64,000 nt of DNA, from assembly GCA_951406725.2 (NCBI GenBank), contig OX597822.1, positions 85,002,001-85,066,000 on the forward strand, given 5' to 3'. Shown here one piece after another: positions 38,672-51,103 of this stretch. Source of the DNA: Octopus vulgaris (taxonomy: Eukaryota). Made by a program: the position numbers and the translations under genes. The stretch's first letter is position 1. Each line of letters starts with the position of its first letter. The notes under the pieces are model-generated. The model ran no database searches and was not told the origin of the DNA. It was given only the letters and a program-made list of their open reading frames with translations.

Positions 38672-38839
38672 GTTGAACTATAAGTTTCATGTATTATTGA
38701 TTATGGTTTTGAAAATTATTTCCCAATAAACTTGCGGTGGTTTGAATGGTTTCTGGTTTTAAAATTAATTTTGGAAGTTGAAATTCCAACGAGCACAAAC
38801 ACACGAAGTCCCACACGTACATGGAATATATTTCTCTGG

Positions 38840-38960
38840 AATTTTGGCGCAAGGGCGGCAATGCTATGGAGAACGGATCAGTCGATTGCATCGATCCCAG
38901 TATTTCGCCAATTCCGAACAGACGAAAGGCAAAGCTGACCTCGGTGGAATTTGAACTCAG
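38840..38960 (-). mobile_element. SINE family C fragment
   Basis: GAAAGGCAAAGCTGACCTCGGTGGAATTTGAACTCAG. Confidence 0.72.
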
Positions 38961-39615
38961 GACATAAAAGAAACTGGAAGACACAGAATATGTAAAAAAA
39001 CATAAATCGGTCTGTTGGAGCAAACCAAGGAGTATCATCTGTGACAGTCCATGACAATAGAGAGAGGGAGGGTGAAGAAAAAAAGAAAGAAAGTTTGTAT
39101 TTCCCAAGTCGTCGTCATTTTAAAGTCACTCCGAAGTTAGCCGGGTTGTAGAGAGAAATCGTCAAGACAACGCCAAAAGAGTCTTAATCGTCAGAAGATT
39201 GATCGGGAAGCAGAGTCATGAAAGGATCCATGATCCATTGAAGAAGGGGATCGCCATGGGATTCGAGTGAATGAATTGTAGAATTGTGAGGGAGAGAATT
39301 TAGAAATAGTGGCGAGAAATGAATGAGTTGTGGTGGTGGTGGTGGTGGGGGGAGAGTAGTTAAAGAGTGAGTGAGTGAGAAAAAAAGAACTAATGAAATA
39401 AGGAAAGGGAGCGAGAAAGAGAAGATGGAGGAAGAGGAAGAGGTGGTGAGAAGAGAAGGGGGTTGACGGTGTAAGACGAAGTGAGAAAGAAGAGTTGAAA
39501 GATTGAGTCAGATTGTCATAACATTTACAGCGATGGCACGAACGGACTTCTTTTTACACGCTGGGAAATGAGACAAGGTGTTTGAGATGCAGATACGTAC
39601 GTACGCACGCACGCG

Positions 39616-39671
<56 letters not shown>

Positions 39672-39822
39672 GAGTATTTTGTTTTCCTTCTGTCACACAG
39701 CAGAAAGTAATATAAATACTCTTTGCCGACTGTTCCCCCTTATCCACTTTAGACTATATAAAACTACACACACACATCTAATATATATATATATATGTAT
39801 ACACAGACACACACACATATGC

Positions 39823-39859
<37 letters not shown>

Positions 39860-40171
39860 TGTATATATATATATGAAATCACAGTAAGTGTTTATTCAGG
39901 ATATTAAATAAACAGCGCCCCCATCGTTTAAATATTTTTATTTGTCCCTCAACGGCTCAACCCCAATCATTCTCCTTGCATAGTCTATCCCACACCGAAT
40001 CGCTAATTTCTCCTTGCCCCTGTCCCATCTCAGTTATTGATTTCCTTAAAAGCCACCACCAAAAACCACTACTTAACCAAGAGCCAAGGCAATCGTTCCA
40101 CATAGCAAATTGCGCCCCCCCCCCCCCTCCACCACACCTTAGTATCTTAAAAAGGGAGGATTCATTAGATA

Positions 40172-40387
40172 ATTCTAATTTTGGCACAAGGCCAGCGATT
40201 TTGAAGGGAGGAGGGAACGTCGTTTACATCAACCCCAGCATTTGACTGCTTCTTTATTTTATCGACCTCGAAAGGATGAAAGGCGAAGTTGATCACGGCG
40301 AGATTTTAACTCAGAACGTAAAGAGTCGGAAGAAATGCTGCTAAGCATTTTGTCCGACTCACTAACGAGCCTGCCAGCTCGCTTCCT
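40172..40387 (-). mobile_element. SINE family C
   Basis: TTTTGGCACAAGGCCAGC...TTTATCGACCTCGAAAGGATGAAAGGCGAAGTTGA...CTGCCAGCTCGC. Confidence 0.85.
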
Positions 40388-40402
40388 TGGATTCATCAAA
40401 TA

Positions 40403-40716
40403 TTGTTGTTGTTGTTTGTTCCTTCTCGAGCCTTGTTTGGCTCATAAGGGCCGGTTTCCCGGTTTCCTTGGCGTATAGGTTCCCCACCTAGACGGGTGGC
40501 CGGTCCGCCGCAGGTGAGCTGCCAGAAGCAGGAGGAAAGAGTGAGAAAAGGTTGGGACGAAAGAGTCAGCAGAAGAGTCGCCATTACCTTCTGCCGGAGC
40601 CGCGTGAAGCTAAGGTGTTTTACTCATAAGCACACACATCACCCAGTCTGAAATTCGAACACGCGATATCTCGACCGCGAGTCTGCTGCTCTAACCACTA
40701 CGCCATGTGTCTCCAC
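40403..40716 (-). mobile_element. tRNA-headed SINE sharing the family B 3' module
   Basis: Head TGGCGTAGTGGTTAGAGC...GTTCGAATTTC; 3' ATACGCCAAGGAAACCGGGAAACCGGCCCTTATGAGCC as in family B; (AAC)n tail. Confidence 0.82.
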
Positions 40717-41561
40717 ATCAAATGTTGTAGTTGTGTATAATTAAGATTGGGTGCCACGTTCAGAACCTGGATTTAAATAGCACCAGGAACTGCTGCTACT
40801 GCTGCTACTGCTGCTACTACTACTACTACTACTACTACCAACACCAACACCACCACCACCACGCAAAGCAATGTTTACCTCAGATATCCTGTTCTAATTA
40901 GAGACATTTATAGAATCTGTCCTAGCGTTTCACCCCCTTCCTCGATCCGTCAGTTTCGCAACTTTCGATTCGCCTCTACACCATGGCTACTCCCACACTA
41001 TCATAACTACCACCGTAACTTTCTCTGCCTTCTTTGGTCACCACTGCACCACCTATACTTCACCTGCTCGGCTATCTTATATACTCTTCCACGTCGCCAT
41101 AAAATGTCTCCAGCTATAAACAGATCTTCGACATGGCTTAACAGAATTTCAAATCCGTCTTCCGGTAATTTATGGAGTTTGGTAGGAAGTGTTTGAAGGA
41201 AATCCTCGTTTTATTTATTCATTTAATTTTGTATATTATTGTTTTACCATTAGTGATGAATACAGTTTCAATGGCGACGACAACTAAAACTACAGTTTAC
41301 ACAAAATGATGACGATGATGACGAAATGTTATAAACAAACAGTTGTCAATGTCTTGCAAAGGAACCCAAGAAAAAAAAAATGAAAGTAAAATCAGAATGC
41401 TGGTTACATTACACTACCCTATATATATTCAGGTTGGAGAGGGTACCTGAAAATCTGTTGACCAGTTTAATGTTCATATTATAAACAGCGGGGGGGGGGG
41501 CGTCGTTCATGTATATTAAAATGATCGAGAACTGTTTCTTTCACTCTAATTATTACGGTTT

Positions 41562-41872
41562 GGTAGTCGTTAACACAGCGAGCAAAATGCTTAGCGGTAT
41601 TTCATCTGCCGCTACGCACTGGGGTCGATATAATCGACTTAATCCGTTTGTCTGTCCTTGTTTGTCCTCTCTGTGTTTAGTCCCTTGTGGGTAGTAAAGA
41701 AATAGGTATTTCATCCTCGCTACGTTCTGAGTTCAAATTCCGCCGAGGTCGATTTTGCCTTACATCTTTTCGGGGTCGATAAATTAAGTACGAATGAAAC
41801 ATTGAGATTGATGTAATCGACTCATCCCCTCCCAGCAAACTGCTGCCCTTTTGGCAAAATTTGGAACTGTTA
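41562..41872 (+). mobile_element. SINE family C with a C-type 3' fragment inserted into it
   Basis: GGTATTTCATC..CGCTACG is duplicated at ~41597-41616 and ~41705-41724 around a C 3' segment ending GTGGGTAGTAAAGAAATA. Confidence 0.8.
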
Positions 41873-42839
41873 TAAGATTGACGCATGCAATAAGTTTAGA
41901 GGATGCGTATGGGGTCATGCATATGCATGTGTGTGGCTTATGTATGTGTGTGTGTGTATGTGTGTATGTGTGTGTGTGTGAAGTAAGAGGCACAATGAAA
42001 GAAGAAAAAGAAAAATAAGGATAAGGAAATGTGAGAAGGAAATCGAAATCTGAGAAAAAGTAAAATGTTGAAACAAAAATAAAAGAAAGCATTACATGGA
42101 TAAAGAGAAGAATTTAAATGAAAGAATGATAAAAATAAAATAATTTCACAAAACTGAAAATGAAAATTGCTGATGATGGTTGACGAAGGTGATGAAGACT
42201 AAAAAAGAATGCAACCAAGATGAAAAGACTAAAGTTGAATGACGAAAGCTGGTGGTGAATGATGGCAAAACAGAATGTATATGCTTGATGTAAAGTTTAA
42301 CGAAGTAAGCATAAGTAAATGGTAATGGGTAGACAGGATTAGGACTTCGGTATGTGTAGCTTGTAGTGATATAGCGTGTGGTTTCGGTTTACTGAGGTAA
42401 CTTAGCTAAACATGATATTTCAAAGTGAATGACTACTGCTGATGTCCAGTCAACTGAATCCTCTAGTGTAAGTAAGGCTGAGTACACCATAGACACTTGT
42501 GCCTCGAACATAATTCTTAGGAAGAATGAAAGAAACACATTGCTTTACTATGAGGTTCCTTTAAATCTCACGGGCAGGTTTCTTCTCCCCAATATTTCAC
42601 TTAAAGGCTTTGACCCACTCGAAGCTCTGGCTGAAGACCAAGTTATCAAGTCAGAGATCCAACCTAACACCAAGCGATGGTCAAGTAAAATTCTTGACCA
42701 TTTCACCTGACGCCAAGTGATGGCCAAGCGAAAATCTTGACCATGTTTGCAACCTGAAACTTGTACACGCATACATGCGCACGCAACACATACTCACACA
42801 TACGTCAACATGTTACTGAATATGCAAGCATACACTCAC

Positions 42840-42905
<66 letters not shown>

Positions 42906-44339
42906 TTGTGACCACAACTGGGATTATAGAGTGCTTCGTCTATAAGCATACGATTTTGGCCACTCTTACAGAATTCAATGGTTTCGAAATATTGTAGGTT
43001 AAATTACTGTGCATGAAGATCCTATCTTACGTACATGCACGCAACCGAAAAAATAAGTTAACGTACCCCGTGTTGAGTGTGGGTGTATTATAAAATCCCA
43101 AATCTGCAGGAAATTATAAGGATCTGCATCAGAAACAATAGCAATAAACTCCAGAAGAGTTTGTAGCGCCAACAGGTCTGGTTTCCGCGAGGAGCAGTAA
43201 CTGCTGACGTATGAGTTCATATATACACATATCCACACACACATATATGTGTGTGTGTGTGTGTATGTATGTATTTATATTAGCACAATGTTGGAAAGCA
43301 GTTGTAAATGGCAACAGACTGTACGCTCAATAGTAATTAAATAACACTCGTCAGACAATTTTGGAAGCTGCATCTCTCTCTCTCTTCTTGCCGTGTGTGT
43401 GTGTGTGTGTCTGTTTGGAGCTTCTTATTCCCGATCATTTTTCGCTTGAAGAAATCCTGAGTAGCAACTCAGCTTTAAATATCTATTATTTACTTTACCT
43501 AGCAACACGGAGAACTATCATTGGGTTAATATGTTTGTGTGCGCTCCTCATATTTATAGATTTATTTCACGAATTTCTCGCCACACTGACAAAGCTTGTT
43601 TCCAAGACGGAAACAAGGCTCATTCAATGCAATAATACTCTAGGGAGATATTCTGCATAGTAAATAGAAACACGGTGGAGCCTTACATACGAGAAACGTC
43701 AATGAAATTGTCTCTGTGTATAATAAACAGCAACATTATCTAGGAGTGTTTGAAACCTGAAAGGTACAAAGTAACTTAAAGATGATCAATCGATTGATAT
43801 TCCTTGGACAATAGAAACAATATAGTTTGGAATGGACCTAGTTTTATCGGCAACTGGTGAAAGCCTTACCAAGTGGATATCGTCATTCTTTGACCGGCCA
43901 ATCCTGATTCATATCCCTTCAAGTGTTTCGTTATAAGCTCAGTTCGCCGTTTGAAGACATAGACTCTACCTGAATCTTGAGGGAGCTGCTTCTTGTGATA
44001 GACTCGCATTCTATCCATGGGAAGTAGGGATAGGTTTGTTTCTCCATCCACGAACCCCAGGGTTACAACAGATCATTATCCAATGTATCCTGAGGAATCG
44101 TGAAAGGATCAGTGTTACCTTAACTAACATACAACGGCCTAGTCTCTTGACTATAATCCTCTTAAAAGATCGACTTTTACACCTGTCTTACTCGCTCTTT
44201 CACTGCGCATACGCCTTTAATGTCATTCAGAAAAGCATGAATGCCACAACCTCGTTTTCTACCGTTCCCTAATCTCAATAGTGTTTAGCAACTGACCATG
44301 AATACGTCCTTAGCGCCAAAGGTCACTTGGTTATTTATC

Positions 44340-44595
44340 TCAGTCGTATATCACGTGATCGACCAAACTATCAGGCGTTGTTATACATCGCTGGCCACAA
44401 CGCGCTTTGCGTCGTTTAGCTTTCGAGTGATGGGCGAGCAGGCCAAAATACCCGCTTCCCCGATCGGTCGCAGCTGAGAGGGCTGCAGCAACGTAACATA
44501 AAGTGTTTTGCTCAAGAACACAACGCGCCGCACGGTCAGGGAATCGAACCCACGATCGCCCGAGCAACACCCTAACTACAAGGCCACATGCCTCC
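44340..44595 (-). mobile_element. SINE with a B-type head and a third type of 3' body
   Basis: Reverse complement GGAGGCATGTGGCCTTGTAGTTAGGGTG...GGTTCGATTCCCTGACCG...GTGTTCTTGAGCAAAACACTTTAT. Confidence 0.8.
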
Positions 44596-45761
44596 CGGTC
44601 GTATATAGTATGTAATAGATATGTATTCTTATATGAAATCAACTATATATTTGTGCCCCAAACGTAAATATTTATTGAACTTTGAGCCACACGATGCCGT
44701 TAAAAAGTGCAGCTCAACACGCCATCGATTGTGGCCGGCCAACTTAAAATAGGTCGTCAAATATGACAGAACAAAGCGCAACCCACAATACACAGGTTAC
44801 ACCATGTGAGTAGTGTGTTGTGCAAAAATACACAGGCACTCAAACACACGCACGCACGGAGAGGGGTGGAATAAGCTATGTTCATATATCTACTGAAACT
44901 AATCCATCAGATTAAATGTTTGTAACATACCCGTTAATTACCCTTAAAATAATCCCGACACAAATACCTTCATAAATACCTCCATACATTCATAAATACA
45001 CAGGCAGAAGGACCGGGTGAGAAACCGCTGCCCTTATACACACCAACTGGGGAAACGAAACAGACACTGGCACATTCCGATCGTAAGGCTAGCAAGTGGT
45101 AAGGGGCCGAATTACTCCCCCCTCCACCACCACTACTATATACATAACCATAAAATTGCTACTAGCAGACTCAGTTATGTTACTACAATGACAGAAGAAA
45201 TTATTCACCACTATCACCACCACCATCACCATCATCATTATCATCATCACTGTCACTGTGACGCATGTGGTGCTGTTTCGAGAACTGCAAAACGAAAATA
45301 AACCTAAGGGGGAGTCTCTCTTGGGGTCCATGTTATCAACTAGCGCCCCCCACAGCACCACCACCATGCCCTAGCAATAAAATTCCAGTCTGTACGGAGA
45401 AGGGAACAATCGCTTATATCTGCTACAGTATTTGATTGACACCACACACACACACATATACATATACATATATATCATTGTCCCTAAATATGACTAGGGT
45501 GTTAGAATACTTAAATTGCTAGAAATAAGAGCAAAAAGCTCTAATGCTGTTGTTAAAGCTAGTAATTGTATGCATATGTCCTGACAGGGACTCTAGACGT
45601 CCAAAAGCACCGGCCGAGAATTCCCTATACTGATCGGTCAGTTTCAGCTAATTCCGTAGACTCGTCTGTAGGGATCGCTCGACTCGGATGATTCCAGATT
45701 TAAAAGACATTTGCACACGGCTATCTATCTATCTATCTATCTATATATATATATATATATA

Positions 45762-45857
45762 AAGTTAATCCAAACAAGAAAACAAAAACAAAAAAAAACA
45801 CAACAACGCAAGGACGTGGAACAAATAAAGTATTATTGGACGCTCAGGAAAGAAGGG

Positions 45858-45860
<3 letters not shown>
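45762..45860 (-). mobile_element. Truncated copy of the TA-embedded hammerhead element at 59434-59613
   Basis: CACAACAACGC.AGGACGTGGAACAAATA.AGTATTATTGGACGCTCAGGAA is shared; (TA)n on both sides. Confidence 0.85.
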
Positions 45861-45898
<38 letters not shown>

Positions 45899-46166
45899 TA
45901 TATTATTTTTTTAGATAAGCCTGCTGCTTATTTGCGACTCCAACGCCTAAAATTTGACTGGCATGATGTGATCGATGCTCTCCACTGATGACGTCCAATG
46001 AACTGAAATCACGTGATATGTGAATTCCGGCGCCCATGACTGATGAATTTCGTCTGCTGCGATCTATGTGTGTGTTTTATGCTTCAATGTGCCTCTATGA
46101 GACGATCTCTGAAGGCTAATAACGCAGTATACGGTGTTCTAACAGAACATCCATTATTACATTTTG

Positions 46167-46227
<61 letters not shown>

Positions 46228-46754
46228 TGTGTGTGTGTGCGCGCGTGCATGCGGATCCTTACACATATGGGGTTGTTGTATAGAGAGAGGCAATGGAAGA
46301 CAATCAAAGGCGACCACTGGACACGAATCGTCCGTGAGTGGACGAATTGTATCACTCGGCAGACAAATCACAATATCTGAGTTTCCTACCTAACTGCGAC
46401 ATTATGTCGGTGTTAGGAAAACGACTCGGGCGTATAAATTCCCTTGAGAAATCATTAAGATGAGCGTTGTGCCGGCATAAACCAATATAAACTGGAGGAG
46501 TAACAAAATCAACGACAGCAGTTACCGTATTTCCCTAATTAGCCGAATGAATGATTCAATTTGAAAGACTTGTGAAATGTGCCCCCTTCACTAATGAACT
46601 TAGCCAAAGGCATCATATTTAATTAGGAAGCAGTTTCCGGTCTAAAGTATTTGACTTTTAATGAAGCTGGTCATACAAGTGACACAGTTTCGCCTCCGAT
46701 TGCCTTTATTGAATATATTTATGTAAAAATAATTTTTAATATTATTCTTACCAA

Positions 46755-46973
46755 GGCGGCGGCGAGCTGGCAGATTCGTTAGTGCGCCGAACAAAATGCT
46801 TAGCGTCTTCACGTTCTCAGTTTAAATTCCACCAAGGTCGACTTTGCCTTTCATCCTCTCGGGATCGATAAATTAAGTACCATTTAAACACTGGGGTCGA
46901 TGTAATCGACTTACCTCCTCCCCCAAAAATTGCTGCCCTGTAGCAAAATTTGAAACCATTATTATTATTATTA
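46755..46973 (+). mobile_element. SINE family C ending in (ATT)n
   Basis: GGCGGCGAGCTGGCAG head, GGTCGACTTTGCCTTTCATCCTCTCGGGATCGATAAATTAAGTACC core, AAAATTTGAAACC(ATT)n tail. Confidence 0.9.
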
Positions 46974-47211
46974 TACTTTAGCTCAGTTTCGGTTTCATTT
47001 CCGGCAGGTTTTCAGCAGTCTTTCAAGTGCTTAGAACCCTCCTGATAATCCTTACTCTCCCTAAGAGACAAACTTTTTGTAGGAGCTCTACCAGACATTA
47101 TATTTCAATTTCCTTCAGCCATTTTTCTATACCTTTGCTTACGGTTCCCAACGCACCAATTATTTTAGGTACGACCTTTACTGTTCGCATGCTCCAAATT
47201 CTTCCCGCAGC
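46974..47211 (-). pseudogene. 3' end of an R4/Dong-clade (restriction-like endonuclease) non-LTR retrotransposon
   Basis: Minus strand translates RIWSMRTVKVVPKIIGALGTVSKGIEKWLKEIEI*CLVELLQKVCLLGRVRIIRRVLST*, matching the VVP.IIGALG...LQK..LLG..RI.R.VL C-terminus; a short 3' UTR runs into (TAA)n. Confidence 0.85.
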
Positions 47212-47249
47212 AACATATTACATATGATAAACGCAATTAACCTGTACGT

Positions 47250-47386
47250 TGTGTGTACATGTTTAATGTATTTATGTATGTATGTATGTATGTATATATG
47301 TATGTGTATGTATATATGTGTATGTATGAGTGTGTGAGTATGTATGTATGTATGTATGTATGTATGTATGTATGTATGTATGTATG

Positions 47387-47417
<31 letters not shown>

Positions 47418-47450
47418 GCATGTATGTGTGTGTCTGTATGTGCGTGTGTC
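47250..47450. repeat. (TATG)n/(TG)n compound microsatellite
   Basis: Directly visible. Confidence 0.95.
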
Positions 47451-47985
47451 TACCTGTGTATTACATTACTTTGAAGGCTTTACTACAAAACATACGTAAA
47501 TACATTTATAATACAGGAACCACCATTCTTTACGTCTCAAAAAACGCTAAATCATGAAAGTCATCGTATTTTAAAAAGACTATTTTAAAAGAAATATGAT
47601 TTTTCACTCAACAAGAATCTTCAAAGCCATTATTTTTTTTTATTCAAGTACGGACCGTACCATCTACACATGGCCTTTCAATATTTCGATGTTATAATCG
47701 ATCTGATCGATCTCAGTACTTGGAAGTGCCTATCAAATAATGGTGTGGATTTAATTGACTGTATCCCTTAGAAAATATGGACAAGTACCATTGTTAGAAA
47801 TCAATAATTCTATCAGGGAATTCTATAATAAATGTCAACAGTTTCGAATATGAAATCACTAAACATTCATCAAAATGAAAACTTTCTGTCGTTGGGGAAC
47901 TTGAATTATTATTTATTTAAACCAAGCTTTTCTATTCTACATTATTTACATTTGACGGATATTCATCCTCATCTTGTTTGTTGTT

Positions 47986-48031
47986 AACCCAACGTTTCGT
48001 CTGATATACCCTCCAACCTTCATCAGGTGTC
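47986..48031 (-). ncRNA. Minimal hammerhead ribozyme motif (slightly decayed) in a Penelope-like remnant (~47930-48075)
   Basis: Minus strand GACAC-CTGATGA-A-GGTTGG-agggtata-TCAGAC-GAAACGTT-GGGTT: complete core, stem I 4/5 pairs, stem II 5/6 pairs counting G-U, palindromic ACGT stem III. Confidence 0.65.
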
Positions 48032-49765
48032 TTGGGGAAATTTCGAACCTGGGTTCTCATTCCTAAGGTATTTTTCTATTCTGTCTCGAACTTCGTGTAA
48101 GGTGTGGGGTACCGGCTTGGCAAAGTGTTAGACATTGGTGTAACATATATTCACGTGTTTGCTGGGTTTGGTAATCCTTCTGGTGCACATCCCCACACCA
48201 GAATATGGGTGTGGTTGGCCTTTGAGGTGCCTTTGACAGGTTTCGTTTTTCAATCCTGCTGGGGACCCAATCACACCTGTTACTGGTCGAACTTAGTAGA
48301 AAGTCAGTTTAGTTACTGATCACTCGACAATGAGTAGGTATGGCTATCAATTCGTATCAGGTTTCTGTCAGCTCCTGGTGAAATTTCGCCCTTGACTTCA
48401 CAGCATCATGTTAGTAATCATAAACTGGGCGGTTTGGAGCGGGGGCTTTATATAATAACAATAGAAACTTCTGGAGTGGCAAGTTAGACATCGAAGAAGC
48501 ATTACATATAGAAATTCTTGAAAACCGTTTGAAGTCGGCCTACATCAGACATCTCATTATTTTAATAAATCTAAAATTGCTCTAACAATTGCACTCGTGG
48601 CAGTAAAGAAAGGGTTTTCAAGATTTTGTACGGAAATAAAAATTACAAGTTTGAATCCAGAATAGGACAACAAATATTTGCATGAATAATACATCTAATA
48701 CTGATTGTATTGGTTTACTTATTTGCAGTCAGTCGTTGCGGTTTTGACTCTTCTTGGTTTGGGTATGACTTGATAAGCTTTCCCCGGGCCATTTTTTTGC
48801 TTCAGTTTGCCTCTTATTATGATCAATTCCTTTCCACTCCATATTCCGTTTATGCAGTGTCTTTGAATCTGGTTTACTAAATATGCGATTAATTAAATAT
48901 GTGATTAATTAAAATCTTATATCGAAATTTATTTACAACTTTAACTTTACCCCAGTTCACGATTATTTTCACTTTCAGATATATTTGAAAATTAGATTTC
49001 CATTTTTCTTTCTTTTTGTTTTGCGGTTAGATTTTGCTACTTTCTAATTTGTATATTTTATTACAGAGCAGCTCAAATATCAACGAAACTTGGCCGCTGT
49101 TCCCAGTCTGATTACATCAGAACAAGTCCTGATTTTTCTAGTATTATTAATAATAAATTTGCTGAAATCTCGTATTTTTAGTTGAAATTAGCTCGGCATT
49201 TACAAGACTATTTGGAGAATTAAACTATTTTATTTCATGCAGCGAAAACAGCAAGCTTCCTTTCCTTTGAAGCTATCATCCAGTTTAACTGCAGTGGAAT
49301 AGGTATGGCGTTTCATATACCTGTTATGGCAGATGGTTTTGCAGGTTTGAAACCAGCAGGTGATTCATCAAACATTGTAACTGATGGCTTCAAAACAACA
49401 CCAAAAATAAACAAATATTATTGAGGTCTACATATTTTGTTTATTTTTATTATTTTTCAACCTGCTGAAAAAACAACAACATTCAATTACACCGTTTTTC
49501 GCAGAATATATATACAACTAATAGAGAAATAATGTTTTATGCCATTGAAAAATACTTATAACTACAGTTTCCGGTACGTAATAAGGGGATGTTATGGGCC
49601 GAGCTTAATCTAATTTCTTGTCCTCCAAATTCATCAGTTTTTGTCATAGAAGATGGAGAGGAAATTTTTGCTAAAGAAAACAGATGCTGCATTTACTAAG
49701 CCGCATAAAAAATGTATTTACCGCGAATAATATATTTTTGATTGCAATACATTATTGGTACTTAA

Positions 49766-49935
49766 GGCAGCAAACTGGCAGGATCGTTAGTCGCCGGTCA
49801 AAATGCTTAGCCGCATTTCGTCCGGCTCTTTACGTTCCGAGTTCAAATACCGTTGTAGCAGTCAAGCGCTAGGAATGATGTAATCGACATACCCCCGGGC
49901 CCGAACTTGTTCATTTGGTACCAAAATTTTAAATC
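49766..49935 (+). mobile_element. SINE family C, diverged
   Basis: GGCAGCAAACTGGCAGGATCGTTAG...AAATGCTTAGC...GAGTTCAAAT. Confidence 0.75.
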
Positions 49936-49962
49936 AATACATAACAATGTACTATTTTATGT

Positions 49963-50011
<49 letters not shown>

Positions 50012-50272
50012 AAGAGAGAGAGAATATTGAGGCGAGATTTGAACTTTGTGTCATTACACTTGACTGTAAAATATTTCATTTGTTAACAACTCATTATACA
50101 AACACTAGGCAACAGGAGAGCCTCAATGTGGTGATTCAATATGCTAGAAATAGCAGATAGATCTTCAAATTACACTACAATTACATAATGCTTTGGTTTT
50201 AGGCTTAAACACCGAGTCTGTCTGTCTGTCTGTCCGTCTGCTTCTCTCATATTAGTCAAATATTTTCATCTG

Positions 50273-50690
50273 TTATCTTTTACTTATCTCTGCGGCAATA
50301 CTGGAGCACCGCCCTGAAGAACTTTTAGCCGAATGAATTGACCCCAGGACTTATATATTTTTTCCAACACAGTAATGCCTCGCCATATCGCGGTTCATCT
50401 ATCGCGGTTTATTATTTAAGCTTACGTCGATTCCTCCGTGGTGTTGTTTTGCATTTATGATAAAATAAATATATACAAATTATAAAAATGATTTTAAAAA
50501 ATATACAGTACAGTACTGTTTCTACTTCGCGGATTTTCCCCTATCACGGAGTGGGGTTTGAACGTAATATCTGCGATAGTCGAGGGATTACTGTACTGAT
50601 ACTTATTCTATCGCTAAGTTACGGGGATATAAAACACACCAACACCGGTTGTCAAACATGGACGGGGGTCAAACATAGGCACAAATGGTA
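50273..50690 (-). mobile_element. SINE family A 3' half interrupted by a pogo MITE
   Basis: CTGGAGCACCGCC...GACCCCAGGACTTAT before the MITE and TACTTATTCTATC...CACCAACACCGGTTGTCAA after it. Confidence 0.75.
50370..50593. mobile_element. pogo/Tigger-type MITE
   Basis: TIRs CAGTAATGCCTCG / CGAGGGATTACTG followed by TA; internal TATCGCGG / CTGCGATA subterminal motifs. Confidence 0.82.
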
Positions 50691-50890
50691 ACAACATATA
50701 TATAGTAACTTAACTGTTCGGCAAGAAACCAATAGAATGACTACTAAACTTAAGAATATGAATTAGAGTCAATTTGTTTTCACTAAACACTTCAAGACAG
50801 TAACCCCAGCATGGCCGCAGTCCAAATGGACACACACAGCTTGGAGTACAAATCGTGCAGATTTAAATATTAATATTAACAAAGTGTTAA

Positions 50891-51103
50891 GGTGGCGAGC
50901 TGGCAGAATCGTTAGCACGCCGGCGAAATGCTTAGCAGTATTTTGTCTGTTCTTACGTTCTGAGTTCAAATTCCGCCGAGGTCGATTTTGCTTTTCATTC
51001 TTTCGGGGTCGATAAATAACCAGTCAAGCACTGGAGGTTGGTGTAATAAACTTAACATGTTCCCCCGAACTTGCTGGCCTTGTGCCAACATTTAAACCCA
51101 CTA
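50891..51103 (+). mobile_element. SINE family C
   Basis: GGTGGCGAGCTGGCAGAATCGTTAGCACGCC...GAGTTCAAATTCCGCCGAGGTCG...TTTCGGGGTCGATAAA. Confidence 0.9.

Noticed and set aside
42429-42710. 93-aa ATG ORF with an internal GTAAGT donor-like site
   Set aside because: No recognisable homology or supporting exon; compatible with chance.
48620-49420. Complex AT-rich block with short open frames
   Set aside because: Translations on both strands gave no motif I could recognise; cannot support a call.
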